A DNA stretch of 64,000 nt from an uncultured Actinomycetota bacterium (GCA_963770565.1 CAVYQE010000001.1:1312001-1376000), one strand, 5' to 3'; positions 23,722-35,489 are shown, counted from the first letter of the stretch. Notes: generated from the sequence alone by a model not told the origin. Made by a program: numbers and translations.

Positions 23722-25640
23722 ATGACTCGCCGTAGCCCACGCCGCCTGTCTCGCCTCGTCCTCGCCGCCTTTCCGCGCTCGCTGTGGTCCTCGCCGCCTG
23801 CAGCTCGGGCTCGTCGGCGGGCAACAACAGCAACAACGGCGGCGGCAATACGAAGAAGACGACCGGCAGCACGAGCACGACCTTGGGGCAGTACGGCACC
23901 CTGCCGGCCCAGTCCGGTACGCCGACCCACACCGGGACCATCACCTACCCGATCATCGCGGGCTCGCAGCCGACCTACCTGATGCCGGTCTATCCCGGCT
24001 CGGCATGGACGGTTTACAACTACGACTTCCAGATCCTGATGGACCGCCCCCTCTACATGGAGAGCGTCGGCAACCGGCCGGTCATCAACTACCCGCTCTC
24101 GCTGGCCCCGGCACCGACCTACTCGAACGGCGACAAGACCGTCACGATCAACCTGAACCCTGCGTACAAGTGGTCAGACGGTCACTCGGTCGACGCCCAG
24201 GACGTGCTGTTCTTCATCGACGAGGTTCGTGCCGCGATCAAGGAGAACGCCTCCAACTTCGGGCCGTACACCACCGGCGACTTCCCGGACAACATCGTCA
24301 GCGCGACCGCGCCGTCGCCCCAGCAGGTCGTCCTCACGCTCAACCGCGCCTACAACCCCAGCTGGTTCACCGACACCCAGCTGGTCCTCGTCACGCCGAT
24401 GCCCTCCACCGCCTGGAACATCGCCAGCGCCGGTGGCCCGCACCTCGACTTCACCAAGCCGGCCAACGCCAAGAAGATCTATGACTACCTCGACGCGCAG
24501 TCCAAGAAGCTGTCGACCTACGCGACCAACCCGCTGTGGCAGGACGTGGATGGGCCGTTCAAGCTGACCGAGTTCAACACCACGACGGACGCGAACACGA
24601 TGGTTCCGAACCCGACGTACGGCGGCCCGCAGAAGGCGCAGTTCTCGCAGCTCAAGGCCGAGTATTTCGCCTCGTCGACCGCGGAGTTCAATGCGATGCT
24701 GGCCGGGAAGCTGACCCAGGGCGACGTGACGGCCGACGAGCTTCCGCAGGTCCCCCGGCTCAAGCAGGGCGGCTACAACGTCTACGGCTACCCCGACCTC
24801 GGCTTCTCCTACGCGGTGTTCAACTTCAAGGACACCACGAACCACTGGAACGACATCATCAACCAGCTCTACATCCGGCAGGCGCTGGCCCATCTGTCCG
24901 ACCAGGCCGCGATCATCCACGGTGCGTACAAGGACGCCGCCGCCCCGGCGTACGGTCCGGTGCCGGCCATCCCGGCCACCGCATATGTGCCGGCCAATGC
25001 CGCAACCAACCCATACCCCTACAGCATCTCGGCGGCCAGCCAGCTGCTGAGCTCGCACGGCTGGCACGTGGTGCCGAACGGCACGACGACCTGCCAGAGC
25101 CCGGGGACCCGGCCGACCCAGTGCGGCAAGGGGATCCCGGCGGGCCAGAACCTCAACTTCACCGACTACTACGTCAATGACCCAGCCGCTGCGGGCCAGG
25201 AGACCACCCAATGGGCGTCTGCGGCGAAGCAGGTCGGCATCAACATCAACCCGGTCGCCAAGACCTTCAACTTCATTGTCGACCAGTACGACGACCCGGT
25301 CGCGCCGCAGAACAACAACAAGTGGCAGGCGGAGAACTTCGGCGGCTACACCGAGAACCCGTACCCCACCACGGACACCATCTTCAACACCGGTGGCAGC
25401 GGAAACGAGGGCTTCTACAGCAGCGCCGAGGCGGACCGGCTGATCAAGGCCTCGAAGTACAGCAACAACCCGAACGCGGTAAAGAACGAGGCGGCTTTCA
25501 TCACCAAGGACCTGCCGGGGATCTTCCTGCCCAACCAGGACCTGATCTTCGCCTGGAAGGGCATCTCCGGCCCGCCGGACACCTTCGCGACGCTCTCCCA
25601 GTACGGGTTCCTGCCGGAGTACTGGTATCTGACCAAATAG
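23722..25640 (+). CDS. Peptide/nickel ABC substrate-binding lipoprotein 1 (signal peptide frameshifted at about 23770)
   Basis: ATG 23722 [16 protein letters not shown] joins, after a frame change, [10 protein letters not shown] lipobox. Family-5 SBP motifs KWSDG..V.AQDV and DGPFKL. Confidence 0.85.
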
Positions 25641-25829
25641 CCCCGGTTGAACCGGTTGGCTCCGGCAGCCGTAATTGTTTGGCTGTTGGGGCCGATTGGT
25701 AACGAATCTGCAGCAACAAGGGTGGTTTGACGTGGGGATTGTTGTCCAGATGGGATTCGTACGGTAAAACGTCACCAGCCCGCCGTCCGGCGGACACTCA
25801 GTGCCGCCCTCTCACCGGAGTCCGTGACC

Positions 25830-27731
25830 ATGCAGGGATCGACCCTTCGCCGCGTCCGCCTTCCGTTCATCGCCGCAATTGCCGGAGCCTTGCTGCTCGC
25901 GGCCTGCGGCTCGAGCTCCTCGGGTGGAAAGGGCGGCGGAGGCGGCGGGAACACCGGCGATACGAGTACCGCCTCCGGCGCCTATGGCACGCTGCCGGCC
26001 CAGTCCGGCACGCCGAAGCCGGGCGGGACGATCAGCTACGGCATCGAGGCCGGCTCGCAGCCGACCTACATCATGCCGATCACCCCCGGCGCCGACTCCT
26101 CGGTCTACGACGCGTCGTTCCAGTACCTGCTCTACCGGCCGCTGTACTGGACCCCGCAGGGCAACCGCCCGATCATCGACCCTGACCTGTCCCTCGCCGC
26201 GCTGCCGGTCTACTCCAACGGCGGCACGACGGTCACGATCAACATGAAGCAGAACTACAAATGGTCGGACGGCAAGCCGGTCGATGCCCAGGACGTGCTC
26301 TTCTGGATCGACGAGCTGCGCGCCGCCGTGCACGAGAACGCGTCGAACTTCGGCAACTACACCAAGGGCGCGTTCCCGGACAACGTGGTCAGCGCCACCG
26401 CGCCGAGTGCCTACCAGGTCGTCCTCACGCTCGACAAGGCATACAACCCGAACTGGTACACCGACACCCAGCTCAACATCATCTCGCCGCTGCCGTCCAC
26501 CGCATGGAACATCGCCTCGACCGGTGGCCCGCACCTGGACTTCACCAAGCCGGCCAATGCCAAGAAGATCTACGACTACCTCAACGGGCAGTCCAAGAAG
26601 GTCTCGACATACGCGACGAACCCGCTCTGGCAGGTCGTGGACGGCCCGTTTAAGCTGACCGAGTTCAGCGCGACCACCGACGCCAACACGATGGTCCCGA
26701 ACCCGACCTACGGCGGGCAGAAGGCGGTCTTCAGCACGCTGAAGGCCGAGTACTTCGCGTCCTCGACGGCAGAGTTCAACGCGATGCTGGCCGGCAAGCT
26801 GACCGTGGGTGAGGTTCCGTCGGCTGACCTGCCGCAGGTACCGACGCTGAAGGGCAAGGGCTACAACGTCTACGGTTACCCCGACCTCGGCTTCGGCTAC
26901 ATCGTGTTCAACTTCAAGGACACGACCGATAACTGGGACAAGATCGTCGGCCAGCTCTACTTCCGGCAGGCCCTCGCACACCTGTTGGACCAGGCGGCGA
27001 TCGTCCACGGCGCCTTCCACGACGCCGCGGCCCAGGACTACGGGCCGGTGCCAGCGGTGCCTGCGACGGCGTACGTCCCGTCGGACGCGGCCACCAACCC
27101 CTACCCCTACAGCGTCGCCGACGCCAGCAAGCTGCTCAGCGATCACGGCTGGAAGGTCGTGCCGAACGGCACCACCACCTGCGTCAGCCCGGGCAGTGGC
27201 CCGACCAACTGCGGCGCCGGCATTCCGGCTGGTCAGAAGATCTCGATCACGATCCCCTACACCAACGACCCGCCGGTCGCTGGCCAGGAGACGACGCAGC
27301 TCGCAGGTGCGGCCAAGCAGGTCGGCATCAACATCACGCCGGTCTCGAAGACGTTCAACTTCATCGTGTCGCAGTACGCCGACCCGTCGTCGCCGCAGAA
27401 CGACAACAAGTGGCAGATGGAGAACTTCGGCGGCTTCAGCACCGACATCTACCCCACCACCGATGAGATCTTCAACACCGGCGGCTCGTTCAACCAGGGC
27501 GGCTACGACAGCGCTGAGGCGAACACACTGATCAAGAACTCCAAGTTCAGCAGTGACCCGAACGCGGTGCAGAAGGAAGCGTCGTACCTCACGCAGAACC
27601 TGCCGGCGCTCTTCACGCCGAACGAGGACCGGATCTACGCATGGAAGGGCGTGTCGGGTCCGCCGGACGCATTCGCCAACCTCACCCAGTTCGCGTTCAC
27701 GCCGGAGTTCTGGTACGTGACGGGTCAGTAG
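25830..27731 (+). CDS. Peptide/nickel ABC substrate-binding lipoprotein 2 (paralog of the preceding gene)
   Basis: LLLAAC lipobox, KWSDGKPVDAQDV, long blocks identical to SBP1. Confidence 0.9.
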   Translation: MQGSTLRRVRLPFIAAIAGALLLAACGSSSSGGKGGGGGGNTGDTSTASGAYGTLPAQSGTPKPGGTISYGIEAGSQPTYIMPITPGADSSVYDASFQYLLYRPLYWTPQGNRPIIDPDLSLAALPVYSNGGTTVTINMKQNYKWSDGKPVDAQDVLFWIDELRAAVHENASNFGNYTKGAFPDNVVSATAPSAYQVVLTLDKAYNPNWYTDTQLNIISPLPSTAWNIASTGGPHLDFTKPANAKKIYDYLNGQSKKVSTYATNPLWQVVDGPFKLTEFSATTDANTMVPNPTYGGQKAVFSTLKAEYFASSTAEFNAMLAGKLTVGEVPSADLPQVPTLKGKGYNVYGYPDLGFGYIVFNFKDTTDNWDKIVGQLYFRQALAHLLDQAAIVHGAFHDAAAQDYGPVPAVPATAYVPSDAATNPYPYSVADASKLLSDHGWKVVPNGTTTCVSPGSGPTNCGAGIPAGQKISITIPYTNDPPVAGQETTQLAGAAKQVGINITPVSKTFNFIVSQYADPSSPQNDNKWQMENFGGFSTDIYPTTDEIFNTGGSFNQGGYDSAEANTLIKNSKFSSDPNAVQKEASYLTQNLPALFTPNEDRIYAWKGVSGPPDAFANLTQFAFTPEFWYVTGQ

Positions 27732-27791
27732 CCATACCCGGGCCGGGCATCGGATGATGTCTCACATGCCAGCGAACGAACCGGTCGCAGG

Positions 27792-28739
27792 ATGATCTCT
27801 TACCTCCTGCGCCGGTTCGTCAGCGCGATCGTGGTCGTGATCGGCATCATGCTGGTCACGTTCGCGATGTTGCACATCATCGCGCCGTCGCCGGCCCGCG
27901 CGGTCCTCGGCATCAAGGCCTCGCCCGCGGCGATCGCCGGGTTCAACCATGCCCACGGTTACGACCGGCCGATGCTTCACCAATTCATCACCTACATGAA
28001 CCAGACCGTCCACTTCAACTTCGGCTACTCCTACAAGCTCAACCAGTCGGTCACCGACCTGTTCAAGGAGAACGCCGGCCGGTCCGCGCTGCTGTCCGGA
28101 GTGTCGGTCGTGCTCGCCGTACTGATCGCGATGCCGATGGGCATCTACCAGGCGGTCAAGCGCAACTCGGTCGCGGACTACACGCTGACCGGCGTCAGCT
28201 TCACGTTGTACTCGATGCCGATCTTCTTCATCTCGCTGGTCCTGATCGACATCTTCGCGCTGCATCTCCACGTCTTCCCGTTCGAGGCCAGCCAGTCGAC
28301 CACGGTGATCGGCGTGCTCAAGGACCCACGGTCAATGGTGTTGCCGGTGGCGTCACTGGTCGCGCTGTCGGTCGCCGGGTACTCGCGCTACATGCGGTCC
28401 TCCGCGCTCGACAACCTGGCCCAGGACTACATCAAGGTGGCCCGGGCCAAGGGTCTGTCCGAGCGCGCCGTGCTGTTCCGCCACCTGGTGCGCAACTCCA
28501 GCCTGCCGATGGTCACGCTGGTCGGGCTGTCCATCCCGGACCTCCTGGCCGGCAACCTGATCACCGAGCAGGTCTTCAACTTCCCCGGAATCGGCCTGCT
28601 GTTCTTCAACAGCCTCGGTACGGAGGACTACCCGATCCTGCTCGGCTACACCCTGGTGGGCGGCATCCTGGTCGTCCTGGGCAACCTGATCGCCGACATC
28701 GCGCTGACCATCACCGATCCACGGATCAGGCTCACATGA
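27792..28739 (+). CDS. Oligopeptide ABC permease (OppB/DppB-like)
   Basis: DYIKVARAKGLS EAA loop, FRHLVRNS, EQVFNFPGIG, DPRIR. Confidence 0.92.
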   Translation: MISYLLRRFVSAIVVVIGIMLVTFAMLHIIAPSPARAVLGIKASPAAIAGFNHAHGYDRPMLHQFITYMNQTVHFNFGYSYKLNQSVTDLFKENAGRSALLSGVSVVLAVLIAMPMGIYQAVKRNSVADYTLTGVSFTLYSMPIFFISLVLIDIFALHLHVFPFEASQSTTVIGVLKDPRSMVLPVASLVALSVAGYSRYMRSSALDNLAQDYIKVARAKGLSERAVLFRHLVRNSSLPMVTLVGLSIPDLLAGNLITEQVFNFPGIGLLFFNSLGTEDYPILLGYTLVGGILVVLGNLIADIALTITDPRIRLT

Positions 28740-29683
28740 CCAACCTGATCCCGGGCATGCCGGGACACGACCGGGACCGGCTGGCGTCGCTCGAGCCGCT
28801 GCTCTCCCCGCCCGAGGGCGGCGAGATCTACGAGCAGGGCAGCGGCTTCAAGATCATGCTGAAGTCCTTCGCCGAGAACCGGCTCGCCCTGGTCGGGATC
28901 GGCATCGTGGTGTTCTTCCTGCTCTTCTCGTTCGTCGGGCCGCACTTTTACCACAGCAACCAGACGTCCGGGAACCTCGGCGCCAACGACCTCCGGCCCG
29001 GCCCCGGGCACCCGCTCGGGACCGACGACAACGGCTTCGACGAGCTCGGCCGGATGATGAAGGGCGGCCAGGCCGCGCTCGAGATCGGGCTGCTGACCGC
29101 CCTCATCGCAACGGTCGTCGGCACGCTGTGGGGCGCGGTGGCCGGCTTGGTCGGCGGCTGGATCGACGGGCTGCTGATGCGGATCGTCGACGTCGGGTTG
29201 TCGATCCCCACCCTGTTCATCGTGCTGATCTTTGCCGCGCGCTACAGCGCGACCGTGCTGAGCCTGTCGATCATCCTCGGCCTGAACGCGTGGTTCGTGC
29301 CGGCCCGGCTGGTCCGCGGCGAGGTCCTCACCTTGCGGGAACGCGACTTCGTCAGTGCGGCGCGGGCGATGGGGTCGAGCCAGACCCGCCAGGTCTTCCG
29401 GCACCTGATCCCCAACGCGCTCAGCGTCGTAATCGTGAACATCACCTTCCAGATCGCCGATGCGATCCTGACCGTGGCGGTGGTCGGCTACCTGGGCTTG
29501 GGCCTGCACTTCCCACAGGTCGACTGGGGTGACGAGCTCTCGGACGGCGTGAACTTCCTCGGTGACGGCTACTGGTGGCTGATCTACCCGGTCGGCATCT
29601 GCCTGATCCTGACCGTGATGGCGTTCAACTTCATGGGCGATGCGCTGCGCGACGCGGTCGACGTCCGGTTGCGGAAGCGCTGA
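28736..29683 (+). CDS. Oligopeptide ABC permease (OppC/DppC-like)
   Basis: HPLGTDDNG, DFVSAARAMG, RHLIPN, FNFMGDALRDA. Confidence 0.92.
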   Translation: MTNLIPGMPGHDRDRLASLEPLLSPPEGGEIYEQGSGFKIMLKSFAENRLALVGIGIVVFFLLFSFVGPHFYHSNQTSGNLGANDLRPGPGHPLGTDDNGFDELGRMMKGGQAALEIGLLTALIATVVGTLWGAVAGLVGGWIDGLLMRIVDVGLSIPTLFIVLIFAARYSATVLSLSIILGLNAWFVPARLVRGEVLTLRERDFVSAARAMGSSQTRQVFRHLIPNALSVVIVNITFQIADAILTVAVVGYLGLGLHFPQVDWGDELSDGVNFLGDGYWWLIYPVGICLILTVMAFNFMGDALRDAVDVRLRKR

Positions 29684-29684
29684 C

Positions 29685-31736
29685 ATGGCGACCACGGTTC
29701 TCGACATCAAGGGGCTCAAGACCCACATCCAGCTGTCCTCAGCGTTGGTGCGCGCGGTCGACGGCATCGATCTGCACCTCGATGCCGGCGAGACGCTCGG
29801 GGTGGTGGGGGAGTCCGGCTGCGGCAAGTCGATGACCGGGCTGTCGATCATGGGCCTGCTCCCGCCTGGCGGCAGCATCGTCGACGGCTCGGTGATGTTC
29901 GGGCAGACCGACCTCACCGAGCTCTCCCAGGACGAGCTGCGCAAGATCCGCGGCAACGAGATCGCGATGGTCTTCCAGGACTCGCTGACCGCGCTCAACC
30001 CGACGAAGACGATCGGCTACCAGGTCGCGGAGCCGGCCTGGCTGCATCGGGGGATGAACCGCAAGGAGGGTCTCGACCGCGCCGCCGAGGTGCTCGACCT
30101 GGTCGGCATCCCGCGACCGAGGGAACGCCTCGACGACTTCCCGCACCAGCTCTCCGGCGGTCTGCGGCAGCGGGTCCTGATCGCGATGTCGTTGGTGTGC
30201 GAGCCCAAGATCCTGATCGCGGACGAGCCGACGACGGCGCTCGACGTGACGATCCAGGCGCAGATCCTGCAGCTGCTCGACCGGCTCAAGGAAGAGCTCG
30301 GCATGGCGGTGCTGTTGATCACCCACGACATGGGAGTGGTCGCCGGCCGCGCGGACCGGATCAACGTGATGTACGCCGGCAAGATGATCGAGGCGACCAC
30401 TACCCGGAACCTGTTCGCGCACATGCACCACCCGTACACCCAGGCGCTGCTCGGCTCGATCCCGCAGCTCGACCAGGACGCCGACGCCGTACTGTTCTCG
30501 ATCCCCGGCCTGCCGCCGGACCTCTCCGACCCGCCGGACGGCTGCCGGTTCGCCCCGCGTTGCCAGCTGGCCACCGATCGGTGCCGCACCGAGGAACCGC
30601 GGCTAGCCGCCGACACCGCCGATCACCTCTTCGCCTGCCACCATCCGGTCGACGGTCCGGCCGAGCGACCGCTCGCGGCCCGTGGGGCGTTGCGCGCGGT
30701 GGCCGCCAACGGCGACGCGAAGCCGCTGCTGCAGATCACCGACCTGGTCAAGGAGTTCCCGATCGGCAACTCGCTGTTGCCGGCGCAGTACCGCGGCTCG
30801 GTGAAGGCGGTCTCCGGCGTCTCGATCAGCGTCCGGGCCGGCGAGACCTTCGGCCTGGTCGGCGAGTCCGGCTGCGGCAAGACCACGCTCGGGCGGCTGA
30901 TCGTGGCGCTCGACCGGCCGAACTCCGGCGAGCTGCTGCTCAACGGCGACGATGTAGCGAGGTTCGGCCGCCGGACCCTGCGCCGGCGTCGCCGCGACCT
31001 GCAGATGATGTTCCAGGATCCGTACGCCTCACTCGACCCGCGGATGCGGGTCGGCGCGATCCTGGCCGAGCCACTGGTGATCCAAGGGGTCGGAAACCGG
31101 ACGTCCCGGCGGGCGAAGATCCAGGACATGCTCAACGAAGTGGGCCTGCCGCAGTCGGCGGTCGACCGGTTCCCGCACGAGTTCTCCGGCGGACAGCGGC
31201 AGCGGATCGGGCTGGCGCGCGCGCTGATGCTCAACCCGGCCGTGATCGTGGCCGACGAGCCGGTCAGCGCCCTCGATGTCTCGATCCGCTCCCAGGTGCT
31301 CAACCTGATGAAGCGGTTGCAAGCCGAGCACAACCTGACCTACGTCGTGATCTCCCATGATCTGGCGGTCGTGAAGTACCTCTCCGACCGGATCGGGGTG
31401 ATGTATCTCGGCCGGCTGGTCGAGACCGGCAGCGGCGATGACATCTACAACCGGGCGGCGCATCCCTACACCGCAGGCCTGCTCAGCGCAGTGCCGATCC
31501 CCGACCCGACGGTCGAACGGGAGAAGGAGGACGTCGGCGTCCGCGGCGAGCTGCCGAGCCCGATCAACCCGCCGTCCGGCTGCCGGTTCCGCACCCGCTG
31601 TCCCCGGGCGCAGCAGCTGTGCGCCGACGAAGTCCCGGCCCTGCGCCCGTTCGGGCCGGCTCACCTCGCCGCCTGCCACTTCCCGCTTCGGCCACCCACC
31701 GCCGACGAGGCCGAGCCCGTGGCGGCGACTGCCTAG
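29685..31736 (+). CDS. Fused OppD/OppF ABC ATPase
   Basis: Two GESGCGK Walker A motifs, LSGGLRQR and FSGGQRQR, two GCRF..RC C-terminal extensions. Confidence 0.93.
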   Translation: MATTVLDIKGLKTHIQLSSALVRAVDGIDLHLDAGETLGVVGESGCGKSMTGLSIMGLLPPGGSIVDGSVMFGQTDLTELSQDELRKIRGNEIAMVFQDSLTALNPTKTIGYQVAEPAWLHRGMNRKEGLDRAAEVLDLVGIPRPRERLDDFPHQLSGGLRQRVLIAMSLVCEPKILIADEPTTALDVTIQAQILQLLDRLKEELGMAVLLITHDMGVVAGRADRINVMYAGKMIEATTTRNLFAHMHHPYTQALLGSIPQLDQDADAVLFSIPGLPPDLSDPPDGCRFAPRCQLATDRCRTEEPRLAADTADHLFACHHPVDGPAERPLAARGALRAVAANGDAKPLLQITDLVKEFPIGNSLLPAQYRGSVKAVSGVSISVRAGETFGLVGESGCGKTTLGRLIVALDRPNSGELLLNGDDVARFGRRTLRRRRRDLQMMFQDPYASLDPRMRVGAILAEPLVIQGVGNRTSRRAKIQDMLNEVGLPQSAVDRFPHEFSGGQRQRIGLARALMLNPAVIVADEPVSALDVSIRSQVLNLMKRLQAEHNLTYVVISHDLAVVKYLSDRIGVMYLGRLVETGSGDDIYNRAAHPYTAGLLSAVPIPDPTVEREKEDVGVRGELPSPINPPSGCRFRTRCPRAQQLCADEVPALRPFGPAHLAACHFPLRPPTADEAEPVAATA

Positions 31737-32215
31737 AGCGACCGGGCCGCGCGAAGTGCCTCGCGGCGGGCGTGCCCCTCGAGCCGGTCGATGAACAGCT
31801 CGCCGTCGAGATGCCCGCACTCGTGCTGGAGCGCGCGGGCCAGCAGCCCGGTGCCCTCGACCGTGACGGGTGCGCCGTTGACGTCCAGCCCTTCGACGAC
31901 GGCGCGCTCGGCCCGCGGCAGCTCGAACCACAACCCGGGTAGTGACAGGCATCCTTCGGGCCCGACCTGCTCGCCGTCCAGCATCACCAGCCGGGGGTTG
32001 ACGATCACGCCGGCCCGGCCGTCGACGTACCAGCTGAAGGCGCGCAGCCCGACGCCGATCTGGTTGGCCGCGAGGCCGGCCCGGCCTTCGCGCGCGGTCA
32101 CCGTGTCGATCAGGTCGGTGCACAGCGCGGCGAGCGAGCCGTCGAAACCGGTCACCTCGTCGCACGGCGTCCGCAGGATCGGGTCGCCCCACTGCCGGAT
32201 CGCGCGCTCGGCCAT
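31733..32215 (-). CDS. def: Peptide deformylase (variant motif 3)
   Basis: GDPILRTPC, GLAANQIG, EGCLSLPG, QHECGHLDG. Confidence 0.87.
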   Translation of the reverse strand: MAERAIRQWGDPILRTPCDEVTGFDGSLAALCTDLIDTVTAREGRAGLAANQIGVGLRAFSWYVDGRAGVIVNPRLVMLDGEQVGPEGCLSLPGLWFELPRAERAVVEGLDVNGAPVTVEGTGLLARALQHECGHLDGELFIDRLEGHARREALRAARSL

Positions 32216-32278
32216 CCGATGATTCTCACCCGTTGACCGGCGCAATCCCGGTTGCGCGTTCCTGACAGACTTGGCGTC

Positions 32279-33787
32279 ATGACCACGACGCTTGCCGCGT
32301 ACGACGAGGTGCTGAGCCGCTACGACCCGGTGTTCGGGCTGGAGACCCATGTCGAGCTCGGCACCCAGACGAAGCTGTTCTGCGGGTGCTCGACCGCCTT
32401 CGGCGCACCCCCGAACACCCACGTCTGCCCGGTCTGCCTCGGCCTGCCGGGATCGCTGCCGGTGACCAACGAGGTCGCGATCGAGTCGACGATCCGGATC
32501 GGGCTGGCGCTGCACTGCGAGATCGCGACCTGGTGCCGCTTCGCGCGCAAGAACTACTTCTATCCAGACATGCCCAAGGACTACCAGGTCAGCCAGTACG
32601 ACGAGCCGCTGTGCACCGACGGCTACCTCGATGTGTCCGTCGACGGCGAGATTTACCGGGTCGAGATCGAGCGGGTGCACCTCGAGGAGGACACCGGCAA
32701 GTCGTCGCACGTCGGCGGCATGACCGGCCGGATCCACGGCGCGACCCACTCCCTCGTCGACTACAACCGGGCCGGCATCCCGCTGGTCGAGATCGTCACC
32801 AGGCCGGTGACCGGTACCGGGTCGCAGGTGGCGGCCGTCGCGCGGGCTTATGTGACCGAGCTCCGTGACGTGCTTCGCGACCTCGGGGTCTCCGACGTAC
32901 GGATGGAGCAGGGCTCGTTGCGCTGCGACGTCAACCTGTCGCTGATGCCGTCAGGCACGAGCGAGCTCGGCACCCGGAGCGAGACCAAGAACGTCAACTC
33001 GTTGCGGTCCGTCGAAGTCGCGGTCAGGCACGAGGTGGAGCGGCAAGGCGCGCTGCTCGACGCCGGCGAACGCGTGGTCCAGGAGACCCGGCACTTCCAC
33101 GAGGACAGCGGGACGACCAGCCCGGGCCGGAGCAAGGAGGAAGCACAGGACTACCGCTACTTCCCGGAGCCCGACCTGGTCCCGCTCGCGCCGCCCCGCG
33201 ACCAGGTCGAGCGGATCCGGGCCTCGCTACCCGAGCCCCCGAGCGTGCGGCGGGCCCGGTTCGCCGAGGCGAACGGCTTCACCCCGCTCGACATCGAGCA
33301 GATGACCAACGCCGGCATCCTCGACCTGGTTGAGGCCACGATCGCGGCCGGCGTCGCGCCCACCAAGGCGAAGGGCTGGTGGCTGGGCTACCTGGTGGGT
33401 GCTGCGATCGAGCGCGGAGCCGAGGTCGACCAGCTCGCGATCGGACCGGCCGAGGTGGCCCGCTTGAGCGAGCTCGAGGACGACGGCAGCCTGACGAACA
33501 AGCTGGCCCGCCAGGTCGTCGACGCCGTACTCGGGGGCGAAGGTGACATCGACACGGTGATCGCCGCCCACGGCTGGCAGGTGGCCGGCGAGGACGAGCT
33601 GGTCAGTGCCGTCGACACCGCGATCACCGGTCAGGCCGACGTTGCGCAGAAGGTCCGCGAGGGCAACCTCGGCGCGATCGGCCCACTGGTGGGCGCGGTC
33701 ATGAAGGCGACCGGCGGCACCGCGGACGCCAAGCGGGCCCGGGAACTGCTGCTCGAGCGGCTGGGCCAGCCCGGCTCCGACAAGTGA
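32279..33787 (+). CDS. gatB: Asp/Glu-tRNA amidotransferase subunit B
   Basis: [43 protein letters not shown]. Confidence 0.97.
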   Translation: MTTTLAAYDEVLSRYDPVFGLETHVELGTQTKLFCGCSTAFGAPPNTHVCPVCLGLPGSLPVTNEVAIESTIRIGLALHCEIATWCRFARKNYFYPDMPKDYQVSQYDEPLCTDGYLDVSVDGEIYRVEIERVHLEEDTGKSSHVGGMTGRIHGATHSLVDYNRAGIPLVEIVTRPVTGTGSQVAAVARAYVTELRDVLRDLGVSDVRMEQGSLRCDVNLSLMPSGTSELGTRSETKNVNSLRSVEVAVRHEVERQGALLDAGERVVQETRHFHEDSGTTSPGRSKEEAQDYRYFPEPDLVPLAPPRDQVERIRASLPEPPSVRRARFAEANGFTPLDIEQMTNAGILDLVEATIAAGVAPTKAKGWWLGYLVGAAIERGAEVDQLAIGPAEVARLSELEDDGSLTNKLARQVVDAVLGGEGDIDTVIAAHGWQVAGEDELVSAVDTAITGQADVAQKVREGNLGAIGPLVGAVMKATGGTADAKRARELLLERLGQPGSDK

Positions 33788-33818
33788 GAGCGGACCAGAC
33801 CGCATACTCTTCATGATC

Positions 33819-35489
33819 GTGGACCGGAAGCCTCGCAGCAGAGACGTTACTGACGGATACGAGCGGGCCCCGGCGCGGGCGATGCTCCGCGCGGTCGGCC
33901 TCACCGACGACGACTGGGACAAGCCGCAGATCGGCGTCGCGTCGTCGTGGAACGAGATCACCCCGTGCAACCTCTCCCTCGACCGGCTGGCGAAGCGGGC
34001 GAAGGACGGAGTCCGGCAAGCCGGCGGGGTGCCGCTGGAGTTCGGCACGATCTCGGTGTCGGACGGCATCTCGATGGGCCACGAGGGGATGCACGCGTCT
34101 CTGGTCTCGCGCGAGGTGATCGCCGACTCGGTCGAGACGGTGATGTTCGCCGAGCGGTTCGACGGCTCGGTTCTGCTCGCGGGATGCGACAAGTCGCTGC
34201 CGGGCATGTTGATGGCGGCCGCCCGGCTCGACCTCGCCGCGGTGTTCCTGTACGCCGGCACCAGCCTGCCCGGCCGGATCGACGATCGGGACCTCACCAT
34301 CGTCGACGCGTTCGAGGCGGTCGGGGCCTGCGCATTGGGGCGGATCACCGAGACCGAGCTCGGCGAGATCGAGCGCAAGACCTGCCCGGGCGAAGGTGCC
34401 TGCGCCGGCATGTTCACCGCCAACACGATGGCCAGCGCGGCCGAGGCGTTGGGCATGTCGCTGCCCGGCAGTGCGGCTCCGCCGGCAGTCGACCGGCGTC
34501 GTGACGACTTCGCGATTCGATCGGGCCAGGCCGTGGTCGGGTTGCTCGGGGAAGGCATCACGGCCCGGCAGATCATGACCCGCGAAGCGTTCGAGAACGC
34601 GATCACCGTCGTGATGGCACTGGGCGGCTCGACCAACGCGGTCCTGCACCTGCTGGCGATCGCCAACGAAGCTCAGGTCGAGCTGACCCTCGACGACTTC
34701 AACCGAATTGGCGACCGCACCCCGCACCTTGCCGATGTGAAGCCGTTCGGCCGGTACGTGATGAGCGACATCGACAAGGTCGGCGGAATCCCGGTTGTCA
34801 TGCGGGCGCTGCTCCATGCCGGCCTGCTCAACGCCGACTGCCTGACCGTCACCGGGCGGACCGTCGCTGAGAACCTCGACGACATCGCTCCGGCCGCACC
34901 CGATGGCGCGGTGATCCACGCGATGGCCGACCCGATCCACGCAACCGGTGGCCTGGTCATCCTGCGGGGCTCGCTCGCCCCGGACGGCGCCGTGGTCAAG
35001 ACCGCCGGCTTCGACACCGCGGTCTTCGAAGGCACCGCGCGGGTCTTCGACACCGAGCGGCCGGCGATGGACGCGGTCACCAGCGGTGCGCTCAAGGCCG
35101 GCGATGTGGTCGTGATCCGGTACGAAGGGCCTCGGGGTGGCCCCGGGATGCGCGAGATGCTCGCGGTGACCGGCGCGATCAAGGGCGCCGGGCTCGGCAA
35201 GGACGTGCTGCTGCTGACCGACGGCCGCTTCTCCGGCGGTACGACGGGGCTTTGTGTCGGCCACGTCGCCCCGGAGGCTACCGATGGCGGGCCGATCGGG
35301 CTGGTTCGCGACGGCGACCCGATCCGGCTCGACGTGCCCGCGCGCCGGCTCGACCTGCTGGTCGACGAGGCCGAGCTCGAGCGCCGCCGGGCCGAGTGGT
35401 CGGCGCCGGCGCCGCGCTATCCGACCGGGGTGTTCGGCAAGTACGTGAAGCTGGTCGGCTCGGCAGCCCAGGGCGCAGTGTGCGGATGA
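33819..35489 (+). CDS. ilvD: Dihydroxy-acid dehydratase
   Basis: [52 protein letters not shown]. Start 33813 or 33819. Confidence 0.96.
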   Translation: MDRKPRSRDVTDGYERAPARAMLRAVGLTDDDWDKPQIGVASSWNEITPCNLSLDRLAKRAKDGVRQAGGVPLEFGTISVSDGISMGHEGMHASLVSREVIADSVETVMFAERFDGSVLLAGCDKSLPGMLMAAARLDLAAVFLYAGTSLPGRIDDRDLTIVDAFEAVGACALGRITETELGEIERKTCPGEGACAGMFTANTMASAAEALGMSLPGSAAPPAVDRRRDDFAIRSGQAVVGLLGEGITARQIMTREAFENAITVVMALGGSTNAVLHLLAIANEAQVELTLDDFNRIGDRTPHLADVKPFGRYVMSDIDKVGGIPVVMRALLHAGLLNADCLTVTGRTVAENLDDIAPAAPDGAVIHAMADPIHATGGLVILRGSLAPDGAVVKTAGFDTAVFEGTARVFDTERPAMDAVTSGALKAGDVVVIRYEGPRGGPGMREMLAVTGAIKGAGLGKDVLLLTDGRFSGGTTGLCVGHVAPEATDGGPIGLVRDGDPIRLDVPARRLDLLVDEAELERRRAEWSAPAPRYPTGVFGKYVKLVGSAAQGAVCG

